Virus record (IMG/VR): IMGVR_UViG_3300036798_000599
Location: 1-51,943 of that record
Direction: 5' to 3' (one strand)
Source: a virus
Taxonomy: Duplodnaviria > Caudoviricetes
Length of the DNA: 51,943 bases
Both the position numbers and the translations under genes were made by a program. The notes under the pieces were generated by a model. The model was not told the DNA's origin, did not search any database, and saw only the letters and a program-made list of their open reading frames with translations. Shown here piece by piece: positions 18,183-28,900 of the stretch (positions are counted from its first letter, which is position 1; every line of letters begins with the position of its first letter).

Positions 18183-18232
18183 GCCGGAGGGGCGCCGCGA
18201 TGATCCCCTCCCCCGCCCCTCCGGCGCTTTTT
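18183..18232 (+). terminator. Intrinsic-terminator-like hairpin
   Basis: GCCGGAGGGGCG pairs with CGCCCCTCCGGC, followed by GCTTTTT; a second hairpin lies at 18151-18177. Confidence 0.55.
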
Positions 18233-18246
18233 GAAGGTGAACGACG

Positions 18247-18702
18247 ATGGCGAAGTATCGGTTGCGCATCGATCACGAGCTCGAGACCACGGACGGCCAG
18301 CGGTTGTGGCTGCCGGGCGACACGACCAACGAGCCCCTCAACAGGGAAGGCACGATCGTCGGCGACGGCACACCGTACAAGGTGGGCTGGCCAACGCTGC
18401 ACATGATTCCGCTCGATGACGAAGCCAAGACGATTATTGCCCTGGAAGAAAAGCGGCTGCTGGATGACGGCGGCGCGATCGACCCGGTCAACACGCTGCC
18501 GATCCACGCTGACGATTTCGAGGAACGCTACATCCCCGGCATGGACGGCATGCAGCGGCGACCGCCGCTGCCCGATGGCGCGTCAGTGCGAACAGGAAAA
18601 GTCCCCGTTCTGACCCCAACCGACGCCGCACCGCCGCCGCCTCCGGTGCAGCTGGTAGCGCCCAAGGCGCCCCTGCCGCCGCTGCCGAGGGCGCCACGAT
18701 GA
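18247..18702 (+). CDS. Hypothetical virion-module protein (paralog of 17648-18142)
   Basis: Shared motif with the upstream gene. Confidence 0.65.
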   Translation: MAKYRLRIDHELETTDGQRLWLPGDTTNEPLNREGTIVGDGTPYKVGWPTLHMIPLDDEAKTIIALEEKRLLDDGGAIDPVNTLPIHADDFEERYIPGMDGMQRRPPLPDGASVRTGKVPVLTPTDAAPPPPPVQLVAPKAPLPPLPRAPR

Positions 18703-20105
18703 GGCGCCTGCTGGCCGCGCTCACCGTTGCGCTGATCCCCTCCCTCGCCTTGGCGCAATCGGCGGTGCGGCAGTCCGGCGCGGTCAGTCCCAACGACGCG
18801 ACCAAGTGGGATCAGACCGGCATCATCAAAGACGCTGGCGGGGTGAACGGCGACAACACCGGCCACGGCGTCAATCCGTTCGCGATCTCCGATGGCGGCG
18901 CGCTCGGTCTGTGCTTTCACAATGGCCAGCCACTCTCCGGCACCGATCACCCGATCTGCATCGGTCATGATGGCAGTGGCAACACGCTCATTACCATCAA
19001 CGGCACGCCGTATCCGTTTCCCGGCGCTGGCAACGGCAATGTGAGCGGCCCGACCAGTCCGTTTCCCACCACCGGCGATTTTGTCAAGTGGAACGGATCG
19101 ACGGCGGTCGCCGACAGTGCCTGCGGGTTCCTGCCGTCGCCGGTCGTGTTTACCTGTAACGGCCCTGGCACCGGCGTGCCGCGCACGGTGAGCGGCTACA
19201 ACTACCTGCTGCGCGGCAACGCGACCAGCCTGCCAAGTGATTTCGTTATCAACAACAACTTTGATAATCTCGTCAGTATTGTCACCGCCACTGCTGGCAC
19301 TACTTCAAATATTTTAAACACGACGGCGATGGCCGCTTATATCGACAATAACAATGCGACCTATAATGCTGGCGCAGCGCAGAACGCCGTGGCTTATTTC
19401 GGCATCGCCCGGTCCAAAGTCTCAAACGCGTACTCTTGGGGCATCAACACGATCGTCACCGACAGCAATGGGATCACCGGCGCGGTTATCAATAACGAGT
19501 TCGATCTCAACGTCTATAGCGCCAGCACCAGTGCCTACGGGCTGGTACTCGTCGGTGCCAGCACCCAGACGCCAGCCGAAAGCGCCGGCTTTGTCGTCGG
19601 CACCCTGAGCAATCAGTCGCCGGGGACGATCAAGTGGGGACAATCCATCTGGTCGCAGGATGGGGCCAGCGATATCGGTATTCTGCTCGGGGCGACCAGC
19701 CTGCCGGGCACCAGCGTGCCCGGCCAGCAGATCAGGCTGAATTATTACGATAGTTCGGGGGGCATTCAGGCCATCTCGCTGCGGGCGCTGTCGACCGGGC
19801 CGCTCGAGGTCGTCAACGCGATCCCCGGCTTACAAGCCGGCGTCGCCGTCTACAACAATACCTCCATCGTCAACAACACCGGCGCGAGCTTTAGTGGTGC
19901 TACCTCAAGCGGCGTCGCCTCGTTCTCCCAGATCGAGAACGGCAGCGGGGTGGCCACCCTCGTCATCGCGGAAAGCAGCACCGGCGGGATCCAGTTTCAG
20001 CCGGGGAGCGGGGCGGTCTCGATGGCTGGAGTGCCCGGGGTCACTTGCAGCGGGACGCCAACGTCCTCGTTCGCGACAGCAAAGGGGCTCGTGACGCATT
20101 GCTGA
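18699..20105 (+). CDS. Tail spike/fibre-like protein with signal-peptide-like N-terminus
   Basis: Gly/Ser/Asn/Thr-rich beta sequence; ends KGLVTHC; starts MRRLLAALTVALIPSLALA-Q. Confidence 0.6.
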   Translation: MRRLLAALTVALIPSLALAQSAVRQSGAVSPNDATKWDQTGIIKDAGGVNGDNTGHGVNPFAISDGGALGLCFHNGQPLSGTDHPICIGHDGSGNTLITINGTPYPFPGAGNGNVSGPTSPFPTTGDFVKWNGSTAVADSACGFLPSPVVFTCNGPGTGVPRTVSGYNYLLRGNATSLPSDFVINNNFDNLVSIVTATAGTTSNILNTTAMAAYIDNNNATYNAGAAQNAVAYFGIARSKVSNAYSWGINTIVTDSNGITGAVINNEFDLNVYSASTSAYGLVLVGASTQTPAESAGFVVGTLSNQSPGTIKWGQSIWSQDGASDIGILLGATSLPGTSVPGQQIRLNYYDSSGGIQAISLRALSTGPLEVVNAIPGLQAGVAVYNNTSIVNNTGASFSGATSSGVASFSQIENGSGVATLVIAESSTGGIQFQPGSGAVSMAGVPGVTCSGTPTSSFATAKGLVTHC

Positions 20106-20365
20106 GGTTCTTGATAGCGGCGCTGCTGCTGCCGGGGGTGGCCCTGGCGCAGACCGGGCATTCGGTGATGAACGGCGTCGACAGCCGGGTGCCGCCGCTG
20201 GAGATGCAATACATGGCGCAGCAGATCGCCACCCTCAGTCAACAGCTGGCTCTGATGGGAGCGACGCTGACGGTGGCGAAGGATGATGCGACCGAGGTGC
20301 AAAAACAACTCGATGCCGTCACCGCGTATTGGAAAGCGTGGTGTGGCGAGCGGCCGGGGTGCTAG
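20099..20365 (+). CDS. Small signal-peptide plus coiled-coil protein (fibre chaperone or spanin-like)
   Basis: LRFLIAALLLPGVALA-Q followed by a heptad-rich helix. Confidence 0.5.
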   Translation: MLRFLIAALLLPGVALAQTGHSVMNGVDSRVPPLEMQYMAQQIATLSQQLALMGATLTVAKDDATEVQKQLDAVTAYWKAWCGERPGC

Positions 20366-20896
20366 ATGACGACTCAACTCGATCTCTGCAACAGGGCGCT
20401 GGCGATGGCCGGCACGCGCTCGCAGATCACCGATCTCGTGAGTTCGCCGGAGGGTCTCTATTGCGGTCTGCTCTACGACGAGTTCCGCGATTTTATGCTG
20501 CGTCAGGGCGACTATGATTTCGCCGCGGCCTATCATGCGGTGAGCGGCGAAAGCGGGGGACCGCCGCCGTGGGCGTGGGTTTATGCCCTGCCCGCCGACT
20601 GCGTCCGCATTCGCCAACTCGTCCCCTATACGATCGATGACTTTGACCCGCAGCCGATGGCGTGGAACATCGAGGGCAGCACGTCCCTGATCTTTGCGAC
20701 GGCGCGGGCGAGTTTCCTGTTTTACACCACAAACCTGGTGCTGGAGACGAACTGGGACTCGATGTTCACCGACTCGTTTGTGCGGCTGCTGTCGAGCGGG
20801 CTGTTCATGGCCCTGGAGAACCGCATCGAGGCGCACAAGCTGTCGATCGACGAGGCGCTGCAGTTTGCCGGCGCCGCGAATGTGCGTGACCCATGA
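20366..20896 (+). CDS. Head-tail adaptor / tail tubular protein A paralog 1
   Basis: DLCNRAL..G, Y.LP.DC.R, WD..F...L. Confidence 0.75.
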   Translation: MTTQLDLCNRALAMAGTRSQITDLVSSPEGLYCGLLYDEFRDFMLRQGDYDFAAAYHAVSGESGGPPPWAWVYALPADCVRIRQLVPYTIDDFDPQPMAWNIEGSTSLIFATARASFLFYTTNLVLETNWDSMFTDSFVRLLSSGLFMALENRIEAHKLSIDEALQFAGAANVRDP

Positions 20897-21471
20897 GTAC
20901 CCTCTCCGTCGAGAACCTGTGCAACCAGGCCCTGGATATGATCGGCTTTAAAGGCCGGCGGATCGGCTCGATCTACGACGGCACGCTCGCCGCACGGGTC
21001 GCCCTCGAGACCTATGCCTTTACCCGCGACCAGCTGCTGACGATCGAGATGCCGTATTGGGCGCAGCGCATGGTCGCGCTGACGCTGATGATGACGGCAC
21101 CCGATGATTTCGCAGACGGTCAATGGACCCCGGCGATCCCGCCGCTCGACTACAAATACTCCTACGTCTTCCCCGGTGATTGTGTCCAGCCGCTCTACAT
21201 CATGGTGACACCGGTGTTCCGGCCGATCTGGAAGCCTAAGTACATCCCGTTCGACGTCTACAGCCCGTCGCCGACGACACGCTTTCTCGTGACCAACGCG
21301 CCGGACGCCCTGTTGGTCTACACCGGCCAGGTCAACGACCCCAATCTGTGGCAGGAAGACTTCACCCTCAAGGTCGTCACCGCCTTAGCGCAGAAGTTTC
21401 ACGTGAAACTGGGAGCCGCCGTTGAGCACAACCCCGACAATCCCAACGGACGTGGTCAACCAGGCGCTTGA
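20893..21471 (+). CDS. Head-tail adaptor / tail tubular protein A paralog 2
   Basis: NLCNQAL..IG, Y.FP.DC, LVYT..V.DP..W...F......LA. Confidence 0.75.
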   Translation: MSTLSVENLCNQALDMIGFKGRRIGSIYDGTLAARVALETYAFTRDQLLTIEMPYWAQRMVALTLMMTAPDDFADGQWTPAIPPLDYKYSYVFPGDCVQPLYIMVTPVFRPIWKPKYIPFDVYSPSPTTRFLVTNAPDALLVYTGQVNDPNLWQEDFTLKVVTALAQKFHVKLGAAVEHNPDNPNGRGQPGA

Positions 21472-22228
21472 CGAGATCGGCGTCGCGCCCATTGGCTCAC
21501 TGACCGACGGTACGACCGCCGCCACGGCGGCGACCCGGATCTACTGGCTGACGCTGCGGTCTGTGCTCTCCGCCGCCCCGTGGAACTTCGCCCGCAAAGA
21601 GATCCCGATGACCCTGTTGGGATCGAGCATCCCGCCATCGACCGACCCCAATGCCCCGTCGGGTTTTGGCAACCCGGTGCCCAACCCGTGGATCTACATG
21701 TACGAGTGGCCGGTCGACTGCGTGCATTTCCGCTATGTCCCGGCGGGCGACGAGTTTGGGTATCGCCGCTGGTGGGGCCCGGCGCCGTTTCTCGTCCACT
21801 CCTACCAGCTGCCCAATCCACTGGACGGCGGATGGGACGACATTGAGGGTCACGATCCCGACTCGACCAAGGTCGTCCTCGCCAATGTCGCCAACGCGCA
21901 CGGGGTCTATACCGGCCTGATGCAGTATCCCGACGCTTGGGATGCGCTCTTCCAGAAAGCTTTCTCTCTCACCCTGGCGGCGCAGCTGTGCCTGCCGTGC
22001 ATCAAGGACAAGAAGGACGCGGTGCTGCTGCGGCGCGAGTGTCGGGCGATGGCCGTCGAGGCGCTCAACAACGCCCGGATCCGCGACGGCAACGAGGGGT
22101 GGACGGTGCATGACCACACGCCCGACTGGATCCGCGTGCGCGACAGCGGGTATCTCGGCTGGGGCCCCAGCGGCTGGCAGGGGTGGAACCCCCTGCCGTG
22201 GGCCGAGGATGCGGGGGGCGTCTACTAG
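21422..22228 (+). CDS. Head-tail adaptor / tail tubular protein A paralog 3
   Basis: DVVNQAL..IG, PWNFA, Y.WP.DC, WDALF..A....LAA, A...D.NEG. Confidence 0.8.
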   Translation: MSTTPTIPTDVVNQALDEIGVAPIGSLTDGTTAATAATRIYWLTLRSVLSAAPWNFARKEIPMTLLGSSIPPSTDPNAPSGFGNPVPNPWIYMYEWPVDCVHFRYVPAGDEFGYRRWWGPAPFLVHSYQLPNPLDGGWDDIEGHDPDSTKVVLANVANAHGVYTGLMQYPDAWDALFQKAFSLTLAAQLCLPCIKDKKDAVLLRRECRAMAVEALNNARIRDGNEGWTVHDHTPDWIRVRDSGYLGWGPSGWQGWNPLPWAEDAGGVY

Positions 22229-24913
22229 ATGCCCGACCAGCTAGCGCCTGCCAGCTTTATCTTTAATTCGCTCGCCTCGGGCGAGGTCTCGCCGGCGCTC
22301 TATGGCCGCACCGACCTGGCCAAGTTCCATTCCGGCGCCTTCACCATGCGCAATTTCTTTGTCGATTACAAAGGCGGCGCCAAGACCCGGCCCGGCACGC
22401 AGTTTATCGGGTTCGCCAGCAACCCCGGCTATGTGCGGCTCTACCCGTTCAAGTTCTCGGCGGCGGTCGGCCAGACCTACATGCTGGTGTTTACCGATCA
22501 CCTGGTCGAGTTTATCAAGAACCCGGGCGGACCGGCTTATCCCAACAGCAGCAATGCCGGGTTCATCTTCATCAGCCCCGGCACGCGTTACGCGGTGACC
22601 ACACCCTATGCGGTGGCCGATCTGCCGGCGCTCAAATTCTCGCAGCTGGCCGACATCCTGACCATCGTCCATCCCAGCTACCCGCGCTATCAGCTGAACC
22701 GGCTCAGCGATACCAACTGGACGCTGAACCCCGAAATGGACACGGTGCCGATTGTCGCCTCGGGCATCGGCAGCATCACCATCAGCGGATTGCCGGCGGG
22801 ATCGACCGATCCCCAGAACACCTACTACGCCTACGCTGTTGCGGCGGTCGACGCGCTGGGCAACGAAAGCGCCCCTTGCCGGACGGCGATCAGCGGCGCT
22901 GGGATCGACATCGGCGCAACGATGGGGTCGGTCAGCGTCTTCTGGTCCCCCGTCGCCGGCGCGGCCTACTACAAGATCTATAAGGGTCTGCCGTCATCCG
23001 GCAACATTCCGCCCTTCTCCACCCCGCTCGGTTTTGCCGGCTTTGTCTACGGCACCAATTTTGTCGATGCCAATGTCGTGCCCGATTTCACCAAGACGCC
23101 GCTCTTGCACAATGATCCGTTTTCGACCGGGCAGATCAGCGGTTACACGATCACCAGCCCGGGGAGCGGCTGGCCGGTCGGGCTGACCCTGATGAACGTT
23201 ACGACCTTCGCCGGCGATCCGGCACCGACCACCACCGCAATCATCTATCCCGTCCTCGACACCTCGACCCCGGGCGCGACCGGCGGCATCGTCGGGCTCG
23301 ATATCGTCGATCCGGGGCAAGGCTATCTGCACCCGCCGACGCTCTCGCCCTATGTGCTCAGCGGCTCGCCCGGCAGCGGGTTTGCCGGAACCGTGACGCT
23401 CGGCCCCTCGAGCGGCGTCTACCCCGGGGTCGCCGGGCTCTTTCAGCAGCGCGCGATCTACGCCGACAGCAACAACCAGCCCAACACGCTGTGGGGTTCG
23501 CGCGACGGCACCGCCAATGATTTCCGCGTGTCGAACCCGGTGGTCGACAGCGACAGCTTTGAGTTCACCATCGCCAGCCCGCAGGTCAACCGCATTCTCT
23601 GGCTGCAGTCGATGCCCGGCGGGATGCTCATCGGTACCGATAGCGGCATCGTCCAGCTGAGCGGCGGTGGCGTGTCGCCGGCCAACCCGCTGGCGGTGAC
23701 GCCGACATCGGGCGTCATCGTGCCGCAGAGCTATTTCGGCTCGGCCGACGTGCCGCCGATCGTGGTCAATTACAATGTCCTCTATGTGCAGTCGGAGGGC
23801 GCGATCGTCCGCGACCTGCAATATATGTTCTACTTCAACATCTACACCGGCACCGACATCACCCAGCTGTCGACCCACCTGTTTTACCCGCAGACGATCA
23901 ATGCCTGGGCTTACCAGGACACGCCCAACAAGGTGGTGTGGACGATCCGCAGCGACGGCGCCCTCCTCTCGCTCACCTATCTCAAGGAACAGGAGATCGC
24001 CGGCTGGGCGCAGCACAGCACGCAAGGTCTCTACGAGTCGATCGCGGTGGTGCAGGAAGGTGCGATGGACGCCGTCTACGTCTCGGTCAACCGCAATGGC
24101 CAACGCTATATCGAGCGCTTTGCCGATCAGGTCTACTACACGGTCGAGGACGCCTGGTGCCTCGACGCGGCGCTAAGCACGGCGTCGACCTATCCGGCCG
24201 CCAGCATCACCTATTCGGGGTCGAGCGGGACCATCACGGTCACCGCGAGCGCTGCGGTGTTCTCCACCGCCAATGTCGGCAGCGTGATCCGGGCGTGGAC
24301 GGTGAAGATGGTGATCACCGGTTATGTCAGCCCGACCCAGGTCACCGCGAATGTAGTGCCGGGATACGAGACCGGCGGTGTGGCGGGCACCGGCCAGGGG
24401 GTGTGGCGGATGGACCCCGTGGTCAGTACGGTGAGCGGCCTCGCGCACCTCAACGGCTATAGCGTGATGGCGCTGGCGGATGGGCAGGTGCAGGGCCCTT
24501 TTACCGTCTCGGGTGGCGCGATCACCCTGACCACGCCCGCGAGCCAGGTCGTCGTCGGTCTATCGTTCGTGGCGCAGGTGCAACCGGTCTATGCCGATCT
24601 GGGCCAGGAGGCGGGGACCATCCAGGGACGGCGCAAGAAGGCCGCGGCGGCGACGATCCGGGTCAAGGACACCGCGCGGATCAAGTTCGGCACCGACTTC
24701 GCGAACCTGCGCGAGTGGGAATTTGGCACCGCCGGCACCGACGCCGTCGACCCGCTGCCCTATATCCGGCCCGGGCTTTACACCGGCGACCAGCGGATGA
24801 CGCTCAACCAGGTGTTCAACAGGCTCGGCACCGTCGCGATCCAGCAGGACTACCCGCTGCCGGCGACTGTGCTGGCCGTCATACCGGAGCTCGCCCAAGG
24901 TGACACGCGCTGA
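22229..24913 (+). CDS. Tail nozzle / tail tubular protein B (T7 gp12 / P22 gp10-like)
   Basis: SGEVSPALYGRTDL, N......GG...RPGT, YP.....FQQR, LTY..EQE..GW..H.T.G. Confidence 0.9.
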   Translation: MPDQLAPASFIFNSLASGEVSPALYGRTDLAKFHSGAFTMRNFFVDYKGGAKTRPGTQFIGFASNPGYVRLYPFKFSAAVGQTYMLVFTDHLVEFIKNPGGPAYPNSSNAGFIFISPGTRYAVTTPYAVADLPALKFSQLADILTIVHPSYPRYQLNRLSDTNWTLNPEMDTVPIVASGIGSITISGLPAGSTDPQNTYYAYAVAAVDALGNESAPCRTAISGAGIDIGATMGSVSVFWSPVAGAAYYKIYKGLPSSGNIPPFSTPLGFAGFVYGTNFVDANVVPDFTKTPLLHNDPFSTGQISGYTITSPGSGWPVGLTLMNVTTFAGDPAPTTTAIIYPVLDTSTPGATGGIVGLDIVDPGQGYLHPPTLSPYVLSGSPGSGFAGTVTLGPSSGVYPGVAGLFQQRAIYADSNNQPNTLWGSRDGTANDFRVSNPVVDSDSFEFTIASPQVNRILWLQSMPGGMLIGTDSGIVQLSGGGVSPANPLAVTPTSGVIVPQSYFGSADVPPIVVNYNVLYVQSEGAIVRDLQYMFYFNIYTGTDITQLSTHLFYPQTINAWAYQDTPNKVVWTIRSDGALLSLTYLKEQEIAGWAQHSTQGLYESIAVVQEGAMDAVYVSVNRNGQRYIERFADQVYYTVEDAWCLDAALSTASTYPAASITYSGSSGTITVTASAAVFSTANVGSVIRAWTVKMVITGYVSPTQVTANVVPGYETGGVAGTGQGVWRMDPVVSTVSGLAHLNGYSVMALADGQVQGPFTVSGGAITLTTPASQVVVGLSFVAQVQPVYADLGQEAGTIQGRRKKAAAATIRVKDTARIKFGTDFANLREWEFGTAGTDAVDPLPYIRPGLYTGDQRMTLNQVFNRLGTVAIQQDYPLPATVLAVIPELAQGDTR

Positions 24914-25388
24914 AGTCGTCCCCGTCGACCCGTTGCACATCCGCGAGATCTGCGCGTCGATGCGCATGGAGGAAGCGAGCGAGATCGCCCGGCTCGGCTG
25001 CGACCCGCAGGCGATGATCGAGTACGAGCTCGCCACCAGCCTCGCGACCTATGCCGGGGTGGTCGACGGCGAGACGGTGGTACTGGGCGGGGTCAAGGTT
25101 CGCGACATCCTCTCGGACGAGGCCTATGTGTGGATCATCTGCTCTGACCGGGTGAACGAGGTGCCGATCGGCTTTGTCCGCACCGTGCTGCGGTGCTTTG
25201 ACGAGGTGCGCCCGAAGTTCGCCTCGATCTGGGGGTTGCTGGTGACCGACTTCGAGCGCTCGGTGCGCTGGGTCAAGTGGCTCGGCTTTACCGTCGAGCA
25301 GCCAGTCAACGGGGTCTCGCTCTTCTGGTACGGTCGCCGCCCCAATGTCGACCTCGCGCATTACACGGAGGTCAGCCGTGGGCATTGA
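24900..25388 (+). CDS. GNAT-like / T7 gp13-like tail assembly protein
   Basis: SVRWVKWLGF motif; position after the nozzle. Confidence 0.7.
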   Translation: MTRAEVVPVDPLHIREICASMRMEEASEIARLGCDPQAMIEYELATSLATYAGVVDGETVVLGGVKVRDILSDEAYVWIICSDRVNEVPIGFVRTVLRCFDEVRPKFASIWGLLVTDFERSVRWVKWLGFTVEQPVNGVSLFWYGRRPNVDLAHYTEVSRGH

Positions 25389-25920
25389 GACCCTCGCTAT
25401 TGCCTCGCTCGCGGGTTCGGCGCTCTCGGCCGGGGTCGGCTTTATCGGCGCCCAGCAGCAAGCCTCCGCCCAGGCCGCCTCGGCCAATTACCAGGCCCAG
25501 GTGGCCCGCAACAATGCCGTCATCCAGCAGCAGAACGCGGCGCGCGCGGCGCAGACCGGGCGGGCGCAGGCGCAGCAGCAGGACCTCAAGAACGCCGCGA
25601 CATATAGCCAGGTCCTCGCCGCTGAGGGGGCGAGCGGGATCGACCTTTCCACCGGCTCGCCGCGCCAGGTGCAGAGTAGCGCGCAGCAGATCGGCCGCCT
25701 CGACACCCTCAACATTGCCGACCGGGCGGCGCAGCAGGTGCGCGGCTACCAGATCAACGCGCTGTCGGACACCGCGCAAGCGCAGCTCGACACCATGCAG
25801 GCGCAGAACGCGCAGACCGCCGGTACGATCTCCGGCATCTCCTCGATCATTGGCGGCGCCTCCTCCTTCGCCGATAAGTGGATGCGCTTCCAGACCACCG
25901 GCGTCCCAGGGTTCGCCTGA
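25378..25920 (+). CDS. Small internal virion (ejection) protein
   Basis: GTG start after GGAGG; Ala/Gln-rich with GASGIDLSTGS. Confidence 0.75.
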   Translation: MGIETLAIASLAGSALSAGVGFIGAQQQASAQAASANYQAQVARNNAVIQQQNAARAAQTGRAQAQQQDLKNAATYSQVLAAEGASGIDLSTGSPRQVQSSAQQIGRLDTLNIADRAAQQVRGYQINALSDTAQAQLDTMQAQNAQTAGTISGISSIIGGASSFADKWMRFQTTGVPGFA

Positions 25921-28900
25921 TGCCGACCGTCTCCGCCGCCAACCCGCCCTACACCGGCGTCCCGACGGTCGAGCCGACGTCCGACCCGGGTGTCCGGTCT
26001 GAGCAATTCAGGATCAACGTCGACCCGGAGCAATTTGGCGCCGGGGTCGGGCGGGCGTTGTCGGGGCTTGGCCAGACGATCGGTCAAGGCGCCAAGGAGT
26101 TCGCGGACAACGCTATCGCCAAGCAGGAGTTGTTCAATCAGGTCACGTCCGATAACGCCACCAACCAGTACCTGGAGGGCGAGAACAAGATCCTCTACGG
26201 CGACCCGAAGGACCCCAACGATCACGGCTTTATGGGGCTCTCTGGTGAGGGCGCCATGCGCGCGGCGCCCGGGGTCTACCAGCAGCTGACGGATCTTCGC
26301 AAAAGCATCCACGACGGACTACAGAACCAACGGCAGCAGCTTTCATTCGACAGCGAAACCCGGCGTTGGCAAGCGAACTCTTTTCGCACCATCGGCGGAC
26401 ATTACGACCAGCAGTTCAAGGTTCATACGGAGGCGGTCAATAAGGCGACAGAAACCAACGCCATGCTGAAGGTCGCCACGTCAGCACAGGATCAGGCGAC
26501 GGTCGATGCCGCCACCGCAGACGCGATCAACGCCGGCTATAAACAGCTGCAGCTAGCCAACGGCGGAGTAGAACCGAGTGACCAGCAAGTCTGGGCGATG
26601 GAGTCGACCGTGCGGGCCAACGCCGCCACCCAGCAGATCGCTGCCCTCGCCGGAGACGGAACCGACCAAGGACTGGCGCGGGCAAAGCAAGTCCTTGCCA
26701 CTGCGAGGGCCAACGGCGTCCCTTTCACCGGGCCACACATCGAGCATATCCAGGCGTCGCTCGACGCCGCCCAGGCGCGCAAGGACCGCGCCGACGAGAA
26801 GGCCAACATCGCCGCGGAAACCGCGCGAATCATGGGAGGAAAACCGCCGGCGGGTGCGACGCCGCCGAAAGCCGTTGGCCCTGCCGCGGCTCTTTCCGGC
26901 GACCGGAAGACCGTCGCCGACAACATCCACCAGGTTGCCCTCAAGGAGAATGTCGATCCGGAACTGGCGCTGACGACGGCGGCGATCGAATCCGACATGG
27001 GCCAGAACATGGGGTCGGAGGCGAAGAGCCAGTATGGCGGCAACATCTTTCAGCTGGGTCACGACGAATGGGCCTCGATGGGTGGCGGTACCAGGGGCGA
27101 CCGCGCCACTGATATCGATCACGGCGTCAGGCTACTGGCGCAGCGTAAGCAGCAGTTGGCCGACAGCCTGGGGCGCGAGCCAACCAACGCCGAGGTGTAT
27201 CTCGCGCATCAGCAGGGCGTCGCCGGTGCGACGGCGCTGATCAACAACCCGAACACACCGGCAGGGCAACTTGTCCCGCGGACCAACATTGAGAGTAATG
27301 GCGGCAATCCCGACGCGCCCGCCTCGGCGTTTGTGAATAAGTTTCAGCAACGCTATGACGACCTACGTGCCAAAGTAGTGGGACCATCCGGCGCCACCGC
27401 GCCGCAGGCACAGGCACAACCAGCGTCGGCGCCGGGCGGCACGGCACCAAAACTCGAGGTGTGGGGCGACAGCCTCGGCGTCGGGCTCAACACCCAGCTG
27501 AAGACCGCCGGCACCACCCATGGCGGCGACAGTCCGCAGACGATCCTCGACAACATTCAAAAACAACCAAAGGAGTATTGGCAGGGCAAGACCATCACTT
27601 TGTCATCGGGGAGCAACGGCAACCAGATGCCGGTGGTCGAGGACACCATCAAGTATCTGCAGGGGAACGGCGCGAATGTGATGGTCGTCGGCTACGGGCC
27701 GAAATTCCCCGAGAAGAACGCCCAGCTGAGCGAGATGGCGGGGCGGCTCAATGTACCGGTGATCGCCGCCGAAGGCGTCGGGGCCACAGAGGGGGTGCAT
27801 CCCGGCCCGCAGGGCTACGCCAGCATGGCGGGCAAGATCAAGGCACAGGCGGCGCAGCAGCAGGCCCCGGTCATCCAGGAAGGCCCGGCGGCGACGACAC
27901 CCGGGGGCGCCGGCCAGAAAACGGCAGCCACCGGCCCCGCGCCACCCGTCAATCCGATCATCGAGGAGGGCCCAGCAGCAACAACCACACCGCCGGCAGG
28001 CGTAACACCAATCCCACCGCCGCAGACACCGGCCGAAGCGCTCCGGCCGGATTTTGAAGGGTTTCTCTCGAAGGCCTACGAGATCGACAACGAGCGGGTG
28101 CGCAATGGCGTCATGCGCAATATCGAGATCGAGAAGAACAAGTGGATCCAGGGGCACCAGACCGACATCGAGAAGACCAAAACCGATGTCATCAACACCG
28201 GCAACCAGCTGGCCCGCGGCGACGATGTCCCGCCGATCGACGAGGCGCGGATCCGTCACCTGTTCCCCAAGGAAATCGCCGACGACATGGTCGCGAAGCA
28301 GAGCGACGCCCAGCTAATCGGCAACGCGCTCAACGGCATCAAGGGCAAGAGCCTCAAGGAAATCAGCGACGACATGACGGCGATGCAGGAGGGCCGCGGC
28401 CTGCCCGGGATCCACGACGTCACCTTACGCGAACGCGGCATTGCCGCTTATCAGACCGCCGCCACCCACTGGGCACAGACGATCATCGGCACCAAGGACA
28501 CCCCCGGCGACCCGGCGATGGCCTTCGCCTCGACCCCCGGGTTACAGGAGCAGGCGCAGTCGCTGGCCGCCATGCCCCAGCCAAAGACGGCAGCGGACAT
28601 GCCGGCCTACACCACCGCGCACGAGACCTACGCGCAGGCGCTGATCGGCCGGCAGAACGCCTTTGGCCTGGCACCGGAGCAGAGCCATGTCTTGTCGGCG
28701 GATCAGGCGAAGGGTTACGCTGCGGCGCTGTACAAGGACCCAGCGAACGCCCGCGGCGAGCTAAACAACCTGCAGCAGACCTGGGGTTCGGCGTGGCCGC
28801 AGGTGTGGCGGGACATCACCCAGTTTGGCAAGCTGCCGACCGAGTACCAGGCGCTCGGCGTGCTGGATGAAAACAATGCGATGCGTCTGGCGCAGGGTCT

